Origin: Octopus vulgaris
Lineage: Eukaryota
NCBI GenBank assembly: GCA_951406725.2
Contig: OX597834.1
Span: 12,462,001-12,526,000 of the forward strand
Direction: 5' to 3'
Length of the DNA: 64,000 bases
The translations under genes were made by a program, and so were the position numbers. Shown piece by piece: positions 14,090 through 27,000 of the stretch. Under the pieces are notes generated by a model. It was not told the DNA's origin. It worked only from the letters and a program-made list of their open reading frames with translations, and searched no databases. The first letter of the stretch is position 1, and every line of letters begins with the position of its first letter.

Positions 14090-14322
14090 CGCATATACAT
14101 ACATATATGTACGTACCTACATATAAGTACATAGATATATTTATGTACATATGCATATGTTTTATTTATTATTTTGTTAGTATATGATGGAACAGCACGC
14201 ATCCATTTCCAAGTAAGTTTTATCTATATATATATCGACATAATAGGGTAATAACAAATTATTATTACCAGTGGCCTAGCACATAAAACGAATTCGTCAT
14301 TAGACTATGTATTATTCACGTA

Positions 14323-14501
14323 GAAATAAAATAAGAGGCTTCCAAATAGGAAAGCCTTGTGCTAGAAAGAGCAGTAATTGAGATGGTAAATGTTTTTAAT
14401 TTTCATTCCTTTCGATAATTTATCCTTATTTGGTGGTTTGAGATTTCTACTGTTCTTTCTAGCACAAGGCTTTCCTATTTGGAAGCCTCTTATTGTATTT
14501 C
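14323..14501. repeat. Inverted repeat, 54-bp arms, 71-bp spacer
   Basis: 14323-14376 is the reverse complement of 14448-14501 with 2 mismatches. Confidence 0.92.
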
Positions 14502-15884
14502 CCTCTCTCTCTCATATATATCTATCTATATCTATATCTGTATCTATCTATCTATATCTGTTTCTATATCTATCTATCTATATCTATCTATCTATATATA
14601 TATATCTATATATATATATATATATGTCTATATCTATCTATATCTATATCTCTATGTATGTATGTATGTATGTATGTATGTGTTTGCGAAATCGAAGACG
14701 TACTGTAATTTGTGTCGAAAGATGTAGCAAATCTACTGTGATGAGAGCATTTTGTAATTAGCCCTTTTTTGCTTCTGGTGGTCTTTTGTCAAGAAACGTA
14801 ATGGTGTTCATCAGTGGTTATAAAAAAACCATTCGATTGCAGTAACTGTTCATCACTCTGTTTTTGCTTAGTACTAAGTATTTCATACGACGACCATCTT
14901 AATGTAGTAATCTCCACATATACTTACTATATGTAAAAGTAAGTCTCTTGTTAATTTGATTTGAAGGAAATGTCTGTAACTGCTCCTGAAGGCAGTCGGA
15001 AATTATGTTACTGCACTAGCAGACATATACACAAATTCTTTAATGCATAAAACTAGAAATGTGCAATAAATATACGTAGCGTATGGAAGAAAATCGCCAA
15101 GATTTACAGACACAAGTCAGGCGCTACTCTCGAATATTTCGAATGCTAACCGTGGAAATTATGTTCCGTCTAACAGAGGATGGACACGGTTTTATTTGTG
15201 GTGTAAGCATATGTGATTATGCCTCGTCTGAATGTTGCAGCTCTTTTGCTGTCTGTGACGGAAATGAGATATTGTCTGCTAGTCGCTTTTCGGTTGTGGC
15301 AAGTTGAAAGAATATGAATATGCAAATAATGGTTAGTCTTCATCAGATATAAAATAAAAGAGAAGAAAAAAATACTGAGAAAAAATACATATATATATAT
15401 ATATATATATAAGTAATAAGAAAATAATATCTACGATAATTAAAATAATATATAAACAACAAAGGAACAATATTAAAAAGAAAATAATGCATGCAAGAGA
15501 AATTATTGATTTCTTATATTTACATTGATCATCGATATATTGATTGAATAAAAAAAGTTAACAGAAAATAACACAAAAGTGAAAATATAAGTGAATCTAA
15601 GGAGATGAAGTGATAAAGAGTATTAAAATGTACGTGCATAGCAGTGTGCGTGTTTATGTCTCGTGAGAGTGTGCCATTGCGTTATATGTATGTATATATG
15701 GGTGTGTACTTGTGTATGTGTGGTATATATATATATATATATATTCCTAAATGTATATAAACAAAATGCCCAAACACACAGAAAATTAAATATATATGTA
15801 TATACGCACAGATATAAATAAATATATATATATTATATATTACAAGCTCATGCACACAGCCGTAGATATGTGTACATATAGGTA

Positions 15885-16385
15885 CGTACATATATATATA
15901 TATATAAACATACTTACATACATATATATATACATACATATATACACATACATATATACATACATACATATATACATACATATATACATACATATATACA
16001 CATACATATATACACATACATATATACACATACATATATACACATACATATATACACATACATATATACACATACATATATACACACATACATACATATA
16101 CATACATATATACATATACATACATATATACACATACATATATACACATACATATATACACATACATATATATATATACACATATATATATATACATATA
16201 TATATATATACATGCATATATACATATATAGATAGATAGATACATATATACATACAAATATACACACACACACATATATATATACATGTATACATATATA
16301 CATATACATCTATACACATATATATGTAGATAGGTATGTATACACAGACACACCTCACACGCACACACACACACACATACATATA
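15885..16385. repeat. Compound microsatellite, unit tacacatacatata
   Basis: Directly visible. Confidence 0.9.
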
Positions 16386-17184
16386 TGCAGTTTATTAGCA
16401 AGGGGTGGTAGTTGGAGTGTATCGATAAAAATCGCTACAAATTTAATTACTATTAAAAATAACTTGCATTTAATGAGACTTCAGTTGATTATTGATTTTG
16501 TTGTATAATCACTATCGATTGAAAATATTTCACCATGCCCACCCCCCTCCGCCATACCTCCTTTCAACACTTCTTTCTACTTTATTTGTTGTTGTTGTTC
16601 TTATACTCCTATTGTTTTCATTCTGTCTGTATTATATATATTTTTTTTATCTCTTATATATTTATTTTTCATTCACTATTTTTTTTTTCTTCTATTGATG
16701 TTTTTTTAAGTGGATTTGCTAAATACATTCATTAATTCATTTTTTCTTTGTTTTTTTTTTGTGTTTCCTTTTTAGTTTTCTTCTTTTGTTTTTTCGTCTC
16801 TTCGTTATTTTCATTAATGAGTTTTCATTTGAAAACACGTTGTTTTCTAAATGTTTATTCTTGTAGTTTCATTTTTTTTTTTTTTTTTAGATATGTGCAT
16901 TTACATATTTATATATGCAGGGTTACATGCATCCATATACATGTTCATTTTCCTTCTCTCTCAATACATATGTGTATATACATGTATAAATTCATGAATA
17001 TATACACATGGGTGCGTGTAAGTTTAAGTATATGTAAGTTTTTATATATGTACGTGTGTATGTATGTCTCATTATATATAGGTGTGTGTAACTATATATA
17101 TACATATATAGCATATATGTATATGCGTTTGTATGTATACATATACACGCACACATATATATATATATATATATAATTATATAT

Positions 17185-17770
17185 ATACATACATACACAT
17201 GTTTATATATGTATATATATATATACCTATATATATATACATACACATATTTATATGTGTATATAGATATATATACATATATATACATACACATGTTTAT
17301 ATATGTATATAGATATATATATACATATATCTATACATACACATGTTCATATGTGTATATAGATATATATATACATATATCTATACATACACATGTTCAT
17401 ACGTGTATATAGATATATATATACATATATATATCTATACATACACATGTTCATACGTGTATATAGATATATATATACATATATATATCTATACATACAC
17501 ATGTTCATACGTGTATATAGATATATATATACATATATATATCTATACATACACATGTTCATATGTGTATATAGATAGATATATACATATATCTATACAT
17601 ACACATGTTCATATGTGTATATAGATAGATATATACATATATATATATATACATACACATGTTCATATGTGTATATAGATATATATATACATATATATAT
17701 CTATACATACACATGTTCATACGTGTATATAGATATATATATACATATATATATACATACACATGTAGAT
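17185..17770. repeat. Microsatellite-derived minisatellite, ~45-52-bp unit
   Basis: acacatgttcata(c/t)gtgtatatagatatatatacatatatatctatacat repeated about ten times. Confidence 0.9.
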
Positions 17771-18717
17771 ATGTGTATATGCACACACACACACGCACAG
17801 ACACATACATACAGACACACACATATATATATATATATATATCGACTCGTATTTATCGTATTATGCCCTATTTTAACAGCTAATTATGTATTACATTTTG
17901 TTAATGCATTTATCATGCGATGTATTTCGAATGCTTTCCTCCTCTTTCTTTTTTACTGCACTCATATTGTTTTTACTAATACCTAATGCTTATTAAATTT
18001 CTGCATTTTATTTTCCTTTTATAATTTTTGGTCTTTAATATTTGTACTCGCTTTTCAATAGCAACTCCCTCAACTTTCCCCACTTAAAAAAAAAAAATAA
18101 TGCATATCAATATATGATTTTTCCAGAATAGGAAGTCGGCATAAAATTCCAATAATTTCAAAATTCTTCAAACAGTTAAAATAATATATTTTGTGACGCA
18201 AAAAGAAATTATAGAAAATCCTGTAATATTTGAAATAAAATAACGAAAATAATTGAAGTAAAAATACTGCAAATGTATACAAATGAAATAATAACTAAAC
18301 CGATGTGTGCCCATTCATAATGATATCAGCAATTTTATTTCTTCAAGTATAGGTGCATTAGATACACAATCTATATTTAGTGATCATTATAGGTTTCAAG
18401 ATTATGTTAACAGTATTGGATTAGTGAAATTTTGATGATTAAAATCAATCTAACCAGATATAATTAGCCACAATATTTGTTAAGTCACATCCTTGCATTA
18501 CTTTAAATGCGATTACAAAGCCATCACTAAAGAAGCATCGATGATATCTTGAGGCTTTGTGGCAACAAGTATCATTAACTCCGAAGATTATTTATTAGAA
18601 TTGCTACAAAATACAGAATGGTACATTTCTTTAGGTCAGTAAATGTTTCTCAGTTGCAGTAATATCTCAGTATCTACTACGGATCAATTTAGGGGCTGCA
18701 CCAATGGCACCATATAT

Positions 18718-18790
18718 CCTTTTCTATTCTAGGCACAAGGCCCGAAATTTTGGGGGAGGTGAGCCAGTCGATTAGGTTCAGCCCAGTATA
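18718..18790 (-). mobile_element. SINE family B tail fragment
   Basis: tttctattctaggcacaaggcccgaaattttgggggagg...ccagtcgattag. Confidence 0.65.
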
Positions 18791-18974
18791 CCCCAACATC
18801 GCTTAACAACTGATGCTGGTGGTGTTTACGTCCCCGTAACTTAGCGGTTCGACAAAAGAGTCCAATACAAAAAGTACTAGGCTTACAAAGAATAAGTCCT
18901 GGGGTCGATTTGCTCGACTAAAAAGGCGGTGCTCCAACATGACCACAGTCAAATGACTGAAACAAGTAAAAGAG
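18791..18974 (+). mobile_element. SINE family A, 3' half
   Basis: ccccaacatcgcttaacaac ... aaatgactgaaacaagtaaaagag. Confidence 0.88.
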
Positions 18975-19034
18975 TGTGGTTATTCGGTAACAAATAACAG
19001 CAAGTCTCTACGTCGTCTTAACGACTGGTGGGAA

Positions 19035-19266
19035 TACTCTTTTTACTCTTTTACTTGTTTCAGTCATTTGACTGCGGCCATGCTGGAGCACCGCCTTTAG
19101 TCGAGCAAATCGACCCCGGGACCTATTCTTTTTGTAAGCCCAGTAATTATTCTATCGGTCTCTTTTTGCCGAACCGCTAAGTAACGGGGACATAAACACA
19201 CCAGCATCGGTTGTCAAGCAATGCTTGGGGGACAAACACAGTGGCACAAACTCACACACGCATATA

Positions 19267-19305
<39 letters not shown>

Positions 19306-19466
19306 ACGGGCTTCCTTCAGTTTCCGTCTACCAAATCCACTCGCAAGGCTTTGGTCGACCCGAGGCTATGGTAGAAGACACTTGCCCAAGGTGCCACGCA
19401 GTGGGACTGAACCCGGAACCATGTGGTTGGTAAGCAAGCTACTTACCACACAGCCACTCCTGCGCC
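19035..19466 (-). mobile_element. SINE family A, full length
   Basis: Head ggcgcaggagtggctg on the minus strand; complete body and tail. Confidence 0.9.
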
Positions 19467-19878
19467 TGAATGTAGGCTTCATTTATACAATGATGATTTT
19501 TTTCTCAATGCTTCTTCAGTGGATTCCCTTTCCAAAGATATAATCACAGATAGACACTACCTGTCGCAGGAAATTTACTGTATTCAATAGTGTAATCTTT
19601 TGTGATATAGTAATACCGAGATAAGATTCCAATTGTAACAAGGAGCATTTTGCTATGTTGTTTTGACGGAAATTATGTCATGTTAGTGATATGCGTGTGG
19701 ATAGCCTCTGTGACTGTTCATGGTTGTGATTTTTGATAAATAAAATCGATCTAATCAGATGCAATTAATCACAATATTTGTTACTTCCCATCCTGGCATT
19801 ATCTTTAATGCCATTGTAAAGCTATCGCAAAAGGAACGTCAATGTTAATTTCAAGCATTATGGGAACAATAACGTTAA

Positions 19879-20285
19879 CTCTTTTACTTGTTTCAGTATT
19901 TTCACTGTGGCCATGCTGAGGCAACGCCCTTTAGTCGAGCAAATCGACCCCAAGACATATTCTTTGTAAGCTTAATAATTATTCAATCTGTGTCTTTTAC
20001 TGAACCGCAAAGTTACGGGGACGTAAACACACCAGCACCGGTTGTCAAGCGATGTTGGAGGGACAAACACACAAACATATACGCATAAACACACACACAG
20101 ATATATATATATATACATATATGCGACAGGCTTCTTTCAGTTTCCGTCTATCAAATCCACTCACAAGGCTTTGGTCGGCCCGAGGCTATAGTAGAAGACA
20201 CTCGCCCAAAGTGCTACGCAGTTGGACTGAACTGAGAACCATGTGGTTGGTAAGCAAGCTACTTACCACACAGCCACTTTTTCGC
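19879..20285 (-). mobile_element. SINE family A, full length
   Basis: Colinear with other copies. Confidence 0.9.
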
Positions 20286-20551
20286 TTAGAGAAGTTTTAT
20301 TGGAATTGCTTTGAAACACCAGACGGCAAATTTCTTTACGTTAGCAACAAAACAAAGATTGTTGCTAAGAATTGTTGCAGAGGAGGCAGGCATTGTTCAT
20401 ATAAAATAGTTACACTTTGCGGAAGACTTTGGCGCCAACACAACAAAGACTCTCCTCCGAAGAATTGAAACTTTTTGGATGACGTTTCATTCATACAAGA
20501 ACAAGCTAGTCACTATTTTGCCTATGTTACATTTAATTTTAATTCAAGTGT

Positions 20552-20727
20552 CGCAAGAGTGGCTGTGTGGTAAGTAGCTTGCTAACCAGCCACATGGTTC
20601 CGGTTCAGTCCCACTGCGTGGCATCTTGGGCAAGTGTCTTCTGCTATAGCCCCGGGCCGACCAATGCCTTGTGAGTGGATTTGGTAGACGGAAACTGAAA
20701 GAAACCAGTCGTATATATGTATGTGTG

Positions 20728-20769
<42 letters not shown>

Positions 20770-20947
20770 TCCCCTCAACATCGCTTGACAACCAATGCTG
20801 GTGTGTTTACGTCCCGTCACTTAGCGGTTCGGCAAAAGAGACTGATAAAATAAGTACTGGGCTTACAAAGAATAAGTCCCAGGCTCGATTTGCTCGACTA
20901 AAGGCGGTGCTGCAGCATGGCCGCAGTCAAATGAAACAAGTAAAAGA

Positions 20948-20953
<6 letters not shown>
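20552..20953 (+). mobile_element. SINE family A, full length, followed by (AG)n
   Basis: cgcaagagtggctgtgtggtaag ... ggttcagtccc ... aaacaagtaaaagagtaaaagag. Confidence 0.9.
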
Positions 20954-21007
<54 letters not shown>

Positions 21008-21672
21008 TGTGTGTGTACCTGCTTGAAATCGAACTTACAATTAAGAGCATTCTAGTCATGATCGTTCAAAATTCTTTTCGGTACAGTGTACTGCAGACTA
21101 TTATGAAATATATGCTTTTTAAGAATAATAAGATGCAGAATATGTTTAGGCCATTATTTATAATCGATCAATCAAACATTGGTCATGCGTTGAGATTATT
21201 GAACGGTATGTGGATGTGCAAAGTAGCAGCTTTTGCAATGTGTATGCATAAATGATGTGCATGTGTTTATAACGATATTTCATATACATATCAATATATG
21301 TGTGTATGTATATATATGTATATATATATATAAGATTAATCAGCCGAAATTGCGAAGATGATCCGGTTCTTGACTGAAGATTGAAGGCTTCGAATGTCCC
21401 GTCCGTGATTTTTGTATCGTCTTCTAAATGATTCACGTTCTTGTCCCTGTTTGTATTTTTTTACATTTACATATATATATATATATATATGCGCGTGTAT
21501 ATAGTAAATCCCCCAAAACGAAGAACAAACGCAAGCAAAAACAACAACGTGAGGACGTGGTACATGCGAAGTATTAGCAGATGCTCAAGGAAGGAAAGAA
21601 AGATGGTTTCATGTTTCGGGGAAGGATCGAAACATCAGAAATAAAAGACGGAGGAAATTCTAAGACAATATA

Positions 21673-21707
<35 letters not shown>

Positions 21708-21821
21708 ATATTTCGGAATGGTCATATTGCCAGTTTAGCCAATAAAAACACACGCACTATATATTTGGTGTTATTTTGCTTCAGTGATATTTATTTTTTA
21801 CATCAATCTTAATCTTATTTC

Positions 21822-21866
21822 GGCCAAAGTTCTTTCGTCACACTCCTGTGACCGCATCAGTGGTCC
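21822..21866 (-). ncRNA. Compact type I hammerhead ribozyme with one core substitution
   Basis: Minus strand GGACCA CTGATGC G GTCACA-GGAG-TGTGAC GAAA GAACTT TGGCC; perfect 6-bp stem II, A9 replaced by C. Confidence 0.6.
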
Positions 21867-21929
21867 TTTGTTTTCTTCTCACTTACTTGTGTCTCTCCTT
21901 ACTAAATCTTGCACAACAAATATTTAAAC

Positions 21930-21968
<39 letters not shown>

Positions 21969-22285
21969 TATATATATATTGCGCTTCGGGAAAGGTGGTC
22001 GACAGAATGCAAAATACAATAATTAAAATTTATATCTTTGTCACAAACATCGTGAGGCTTTTGTCTTCCTGATCCGGCCATATATTAACGTAGTTTAATT
22101 GCAAATGTTTGATTCTAACCAACATATTTAAACTTATTGTAGCTCGTTTTATCTTAAAGCAATTGCTGATAAACTTTCCCACGTTATTACGACTTATATA
22201 TTAATGATTCAATCTAATAGTTAAAATATATTATTTTCTGAAGGATAATGCGAGATACAGAAACGACAGTGAAATTTATTATTTT

Positions 22286-22625
22286 GGCGTGGATGTATGG
22301 TAAGAGGCTTCCTTCCTATCAACATAGTTTCGGGTTCAGTCCCACTGCGTGGCAACCTCCGGTCGACCAATGCGTTGTGAATGGATTTTCTAGACGGAAA
22401 CTGAAAGAATCCCGTCGTATATATATATATATATATATATATATGCATCTTTGTGTGTATGTTTGTCTCCACACTACCGTTTGACAACCGATGTAGTTGC
22501 GCCCCTTTCACTGGCGGTTCGGCAAAAGTGTCCGACAGAATGAGTATTAAGCTTACGATTTGTTCTACCAAAGGGGGTGCTTCAAAAAGGCCGCAGTCAA
22601 ATGACTGCAACGAGTAAAAGAGTAG
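22286..22625 (+). mobile_element. SINE family A, diverged with deletions
   Basis: gggttcagtcccactgcgtggca, gacggaaactgaaagaa, gccgcagtcaaatgactg motifs. Confidence 0.8.
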
Positions 22626-23718
22626 AAGATTAAAACAATAAGGAAATATTCACACTGAAACACATCTAGAAAGATGAATATTCACACGCTAGAAAGTTCA
22701 AACTGAAGCAGAAGGACCCACGAACACACAATTAATGATGCAGTTTTTCACTACACACAATAAGAAATACGAGAATAGATAATGCATAATACATACATAT
22801 ATACATATATATATATATGATACATACGAAATATATTTAGTATTGTCATCTGTCTATGAATATACCGATGAATCATTCTACTTGTATTCACATACATATA
22901 TTTCCAAATTTAATAATATCCTATCTCTGACTACCCAGCTTTCCATTTTCCTCAGTATCATTCTGTTTCTTTCTCTGTATTTCTGTCTATTGGTATATAC
23001 GTATACACGCATATATATATATATATATATGATCATATGTACATATATATAAACGTACATACATATACAGAAAGACACACAAGCATACTCGCAAAAACAC
23101 TCAGCCACGCATTATTAATACTTTGTAAAAATAATGGAGTGACTCAATATCCAAATGTTTGGTACATTAGTATATACTATATATGTGTGTGTATATATAT
23201 ATATATATATATACATGTGTGTGTGTGTGTGTGCGTGTATGTAAACATAGATGTGTGTATGGATACATCTATATACATATATGTATAATAACAAAGGTAA
23301 AATTAATTAATATTAGGAAGTAATCAATAATTTCACCAAGTAGAATTCGGCATGAAAAAAGGACCATTTTAAAGTAGAAGAAATAGCTAACGTTTTTTGG
23401 CTGCTATTTCTAAACTTCGGTATGTGGTAAAGCAAATCTTTGCTGAACCTTAATTATTAAGTATTACATATATGTATATATACATACATATGTATGCAGG
23501 ATGTACGTATATATGTATACAAGTTTGTATGCGTGTGTCTACACATTGGTGAAACCGTGTGTATGTATGTATTTGTACATATACACGAATATTTATAATT
23601 GTTTGTGTGTTTTTATGCATTTCTATTTGCTTTTGGTTGACTTAGTGCATATTTATAATGTATTGCAAGGCAGAGCCACAGCATGGCTGTAATCTAATGA
23701 TTGAAACATGTAACAGAG

Positions 23719-23758
<40 letters not shown>

Positions 23759-23984
23759 GCAGACACACACATGCACACAAATATATGCAGACACACACAC
23801 GGTCATACACGTATATGTGTGTGTGTGTTAGGGGTAGATCTATCTACATATTCAGTTATATCGCTCGATAATGATAGTTTTATTTGTATGTATGTAAGCT
23901 ACTTCGTGGGTAGGTGTATGAATGTGTCTAAGTTTGCATGTGTATATATATATATATATACACACACACAATCACACATATGTG

Positions 23985-24044
<60 letters not shown>

Positions 24045-24180
24045 CAAACACATATACATACAATCACACAAACACACACACATATACATACAAACACACA
24101 TATATATATATAAACATCTATATATATACACATCTATATATATACACATCTATATATATATATATATATATATACACATC

Positions 24181-24230
<50 letters not shown>

Positions 24231-24839
24231 TATATCTTCTCATTCAATCAACATTTATTATCTATAGTTATCTATTTGTTTATCTTCTTCATTACACGTT
24301 ACCAAATAGGCCGGTTTTGATATTTTTCAAAGTATAATTTCGTTTCCCTTTTGCATGACTCCTCGTAGCTCTGTGTTCGTTGGATAAAATGAACTTTAAC
24401 TTCAGAGGTGAGTAAGTTATTGAAGTTAATACTTGGTATTGGCTCTTAAAGACGTTAAATGCATAGCAGCGTTAGGCTGTATGATCTGATGGTGTGCATA
24501 TCTTGACAGTATGTCAACTATTGTGAAAAACTCATCGATAAGCTCTTGAAATCCGTGCGCTCTAGCTTGAACAAGTGGCGCCGTCTATCAATCATAGTAT
24601 AATGATACTCTCTCTCATGGTTTGTGCAGTCGAAAAGACAGAAAAAGTGGGGGGTGGGGAAACGAAGGAGTGGGAAAGGAGATAGGAAGGGTTTTGAAGA
24701 ACGATAGCTGGTTTGGAAATATAACCCACCATTTTCTACGTTTTGCACACGGAGATGTCTAGAGAGTGTAGAAAGAAAGAGGGGGGAAGAGAGAAATAGG
24801 CAGAGAGATAAATTAAGAGAGAAAGAGGCAGAGAGATAA

Positions 24840-24871
<32 letters not shown>

Positions 24872-26287
24872 CAGAATTTAGAAAAGGCAAAAGCAAAAGG
24901 TATACATAAAGATAGATAAAGATATATGTATATGAATTGACACACTCATATACAGAAAAACGAATGATATATATATGCCCCCACACACACATACATACAT
25001 ACATTTGCACAATCCATTTTATATCAAATATAGATTGTATGTAGGTGTATATATGTATGTATTCAGCTATGCTTGTGCGTGTGTATTCGTATTTTCAAAC
25101 GCTTTTTTCATACACACTCACACACGTACATATGTATGTATGTATGTGTTGTTGTTCTTGATAGTGTGTTTGCTCTGTTCGTGTGCGTGGCTTGGCTGAG
25201 CACATGCTTCCATGCGCGCATGTGTGTGTGAGTATATAGTTGCCTTCATTTATTTTACTTCTGTTTATTGAATACAGTTGATCATAATTTATACATTATG
25301 CTGTCACAGTATTTGCGTGAACGTATTTCAGATAATATCGAAACATGCGCAATGTTTAAAATAATAACGCTAAAAATAATAATAATAATAATAACAATAA
25401 CAATAATAATAATAATATTAATAACAACAATAACTAAAAAAGAAACCCAAAACATACCACTAATGATAACAGTAATAATAAAACAGAATCCCGGAAAGAA
25501 CACGAAACGAAAGAAGGATATAAATATAGAATATCCGATTCACACATTCCCTTAATTCTTTGTTCTGTTTCTTCGCATTTATTATTTAAGAACGTTCTAC
25601 TCTTCTTGTGTTTTTGCTTCAAGTATTTAGTTTAGAACGAACATGTTTAAAAGATCTCATGAATATATCATAAATAGCAAAATTAGATTATAAACACACG
25701 CATATACATTTTATATATATATATATATTATATATAAAGATTTCTGTAAAAGGATTGCTTTATTTCCTTCAAATATCTATTTAAAATTTCTCGCGCGATA
25801 ATATACAGATAGATTTATCGCGGTTTCATTTCCATAAAATTTAATTATTATTATTATTATTATTATTTTTTTTTTTCTTTTCTAGTACCACTGTAATGTA
25901 TTATGTAGAAAACCTTTATGTCACACATCGTCCATTTATATTAAGAAGTTATATAATCGCACACATAATATAATAAAAAAAATATATAACCGAGCAGTAT
26001 CGAAGAACGAACAGATTCAGAATTTGCTGCGTATGCATATGTGAATATAAATGCGGAGTGAGATAGAGCGTAGGTTCAAGTCTAGTTAAAGTTATGTATT
26101 TTTATCGGTTGCTTTTTCGACCAGTTTCAATATTTTGATAACTGCTCAGTAAAGCATTAGAAGAACACCAGGTCGTATAATAATATATCATATATTTTCA
26201 ACTTAATCTAAGTCAACATCAGATTTCATAAAGCTATGTGAATCATAGATATTATATTAATTATATTTAACCCTTTATCTGTACTAT

Positions 26288-26329
<42 letters not shown>

Positions 26330-26356
26330 GAACGGAGTTGAACGACGATTTAACAA

Positions 26357-26459
26357 AATTCCTTTATTCTCGACATATGTTTCGAAGACTGCATATTCCT
26401 AATTTCAAAGGAATAAGGGGTGCATTATGCCGCCTTCTCATCAGGAAAAACAAGGAACT
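26357..26459 (-). ncRNA. Type I hammerhead ribozyme, apparently complete
   Basis: Minus strand AGTTCCTTGTTTTTC CTGATGA GAAGGC...GTCTTC GAA AC-ATAT-GT C / GAGAATAAAGGAATT; all three stems pair; predicted GUC cleavage between 26372 and 26371. Confidence 0.8.
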
Positions 26460-26574
26460 TATGTCAACATCAAGATGAACAAATTCTGACGTGAATTTTC
26501 TACCCAGGTATCGGTTAACCGAATTATCCATACTAAGATAATTCATTCAACTACTTATATATTTATAAAATATA

Positions 26575-27000
26575 TGTGTGTGCGTGTATATCATCGTTTG
26601 TCCTCCACCACCTCTTGATAGCAGTTTTGGTGTGTTTAAGTTCCTGTAACCTAGCAGGTTGGCAGAAGACACAGACAAAATATATTCTAGCTTTAAGAAA
26701 ATTAATCGTCGGGTCGGTTCGACTAAAAATATCTATTCAAAGCAGTGCCCCATTATGGCCGCAGTCAAAATGACTGAGTGAAATAATAGATAAAAGATTA
26801 ATGATATGAATGCAGTCGTCTGGCATGCTTGACGAAATGCCGCTAAGTATATCGTACGACCATGTTTTGTATTCAAATTTCTTCAAGGTATATTTTATCA
26901 TTTCAGGGTCGATAAAATAAGTACCAGTTGAGCACAAGAGTCGACGAAACCGACTTACACATTCCCATAAAATTGTTGGCCTTGTGCCAAAATTTGAAGC
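26575..27000 (+). mobile_element. Old SINE A 3' half followed by old SINE B
   Basis: atggccgcagtcaaaatgactga, then gggtcgataaaataagtaccagttg and ggccttgtgccaaaatttgaa. Confidence 0.65.

Noticed and set aside
15280-15350. CTGATGA...GAAA on the minus strand
   Set aside because: No stem II or stem I pairing, so a chance core match.
21372-21400. gaCTGAAGAttgaaggcttcGAAtgtc hammerhead-like string
   Set aside because: Lacks the full GAAA box and a workable stem III; too weak to call.
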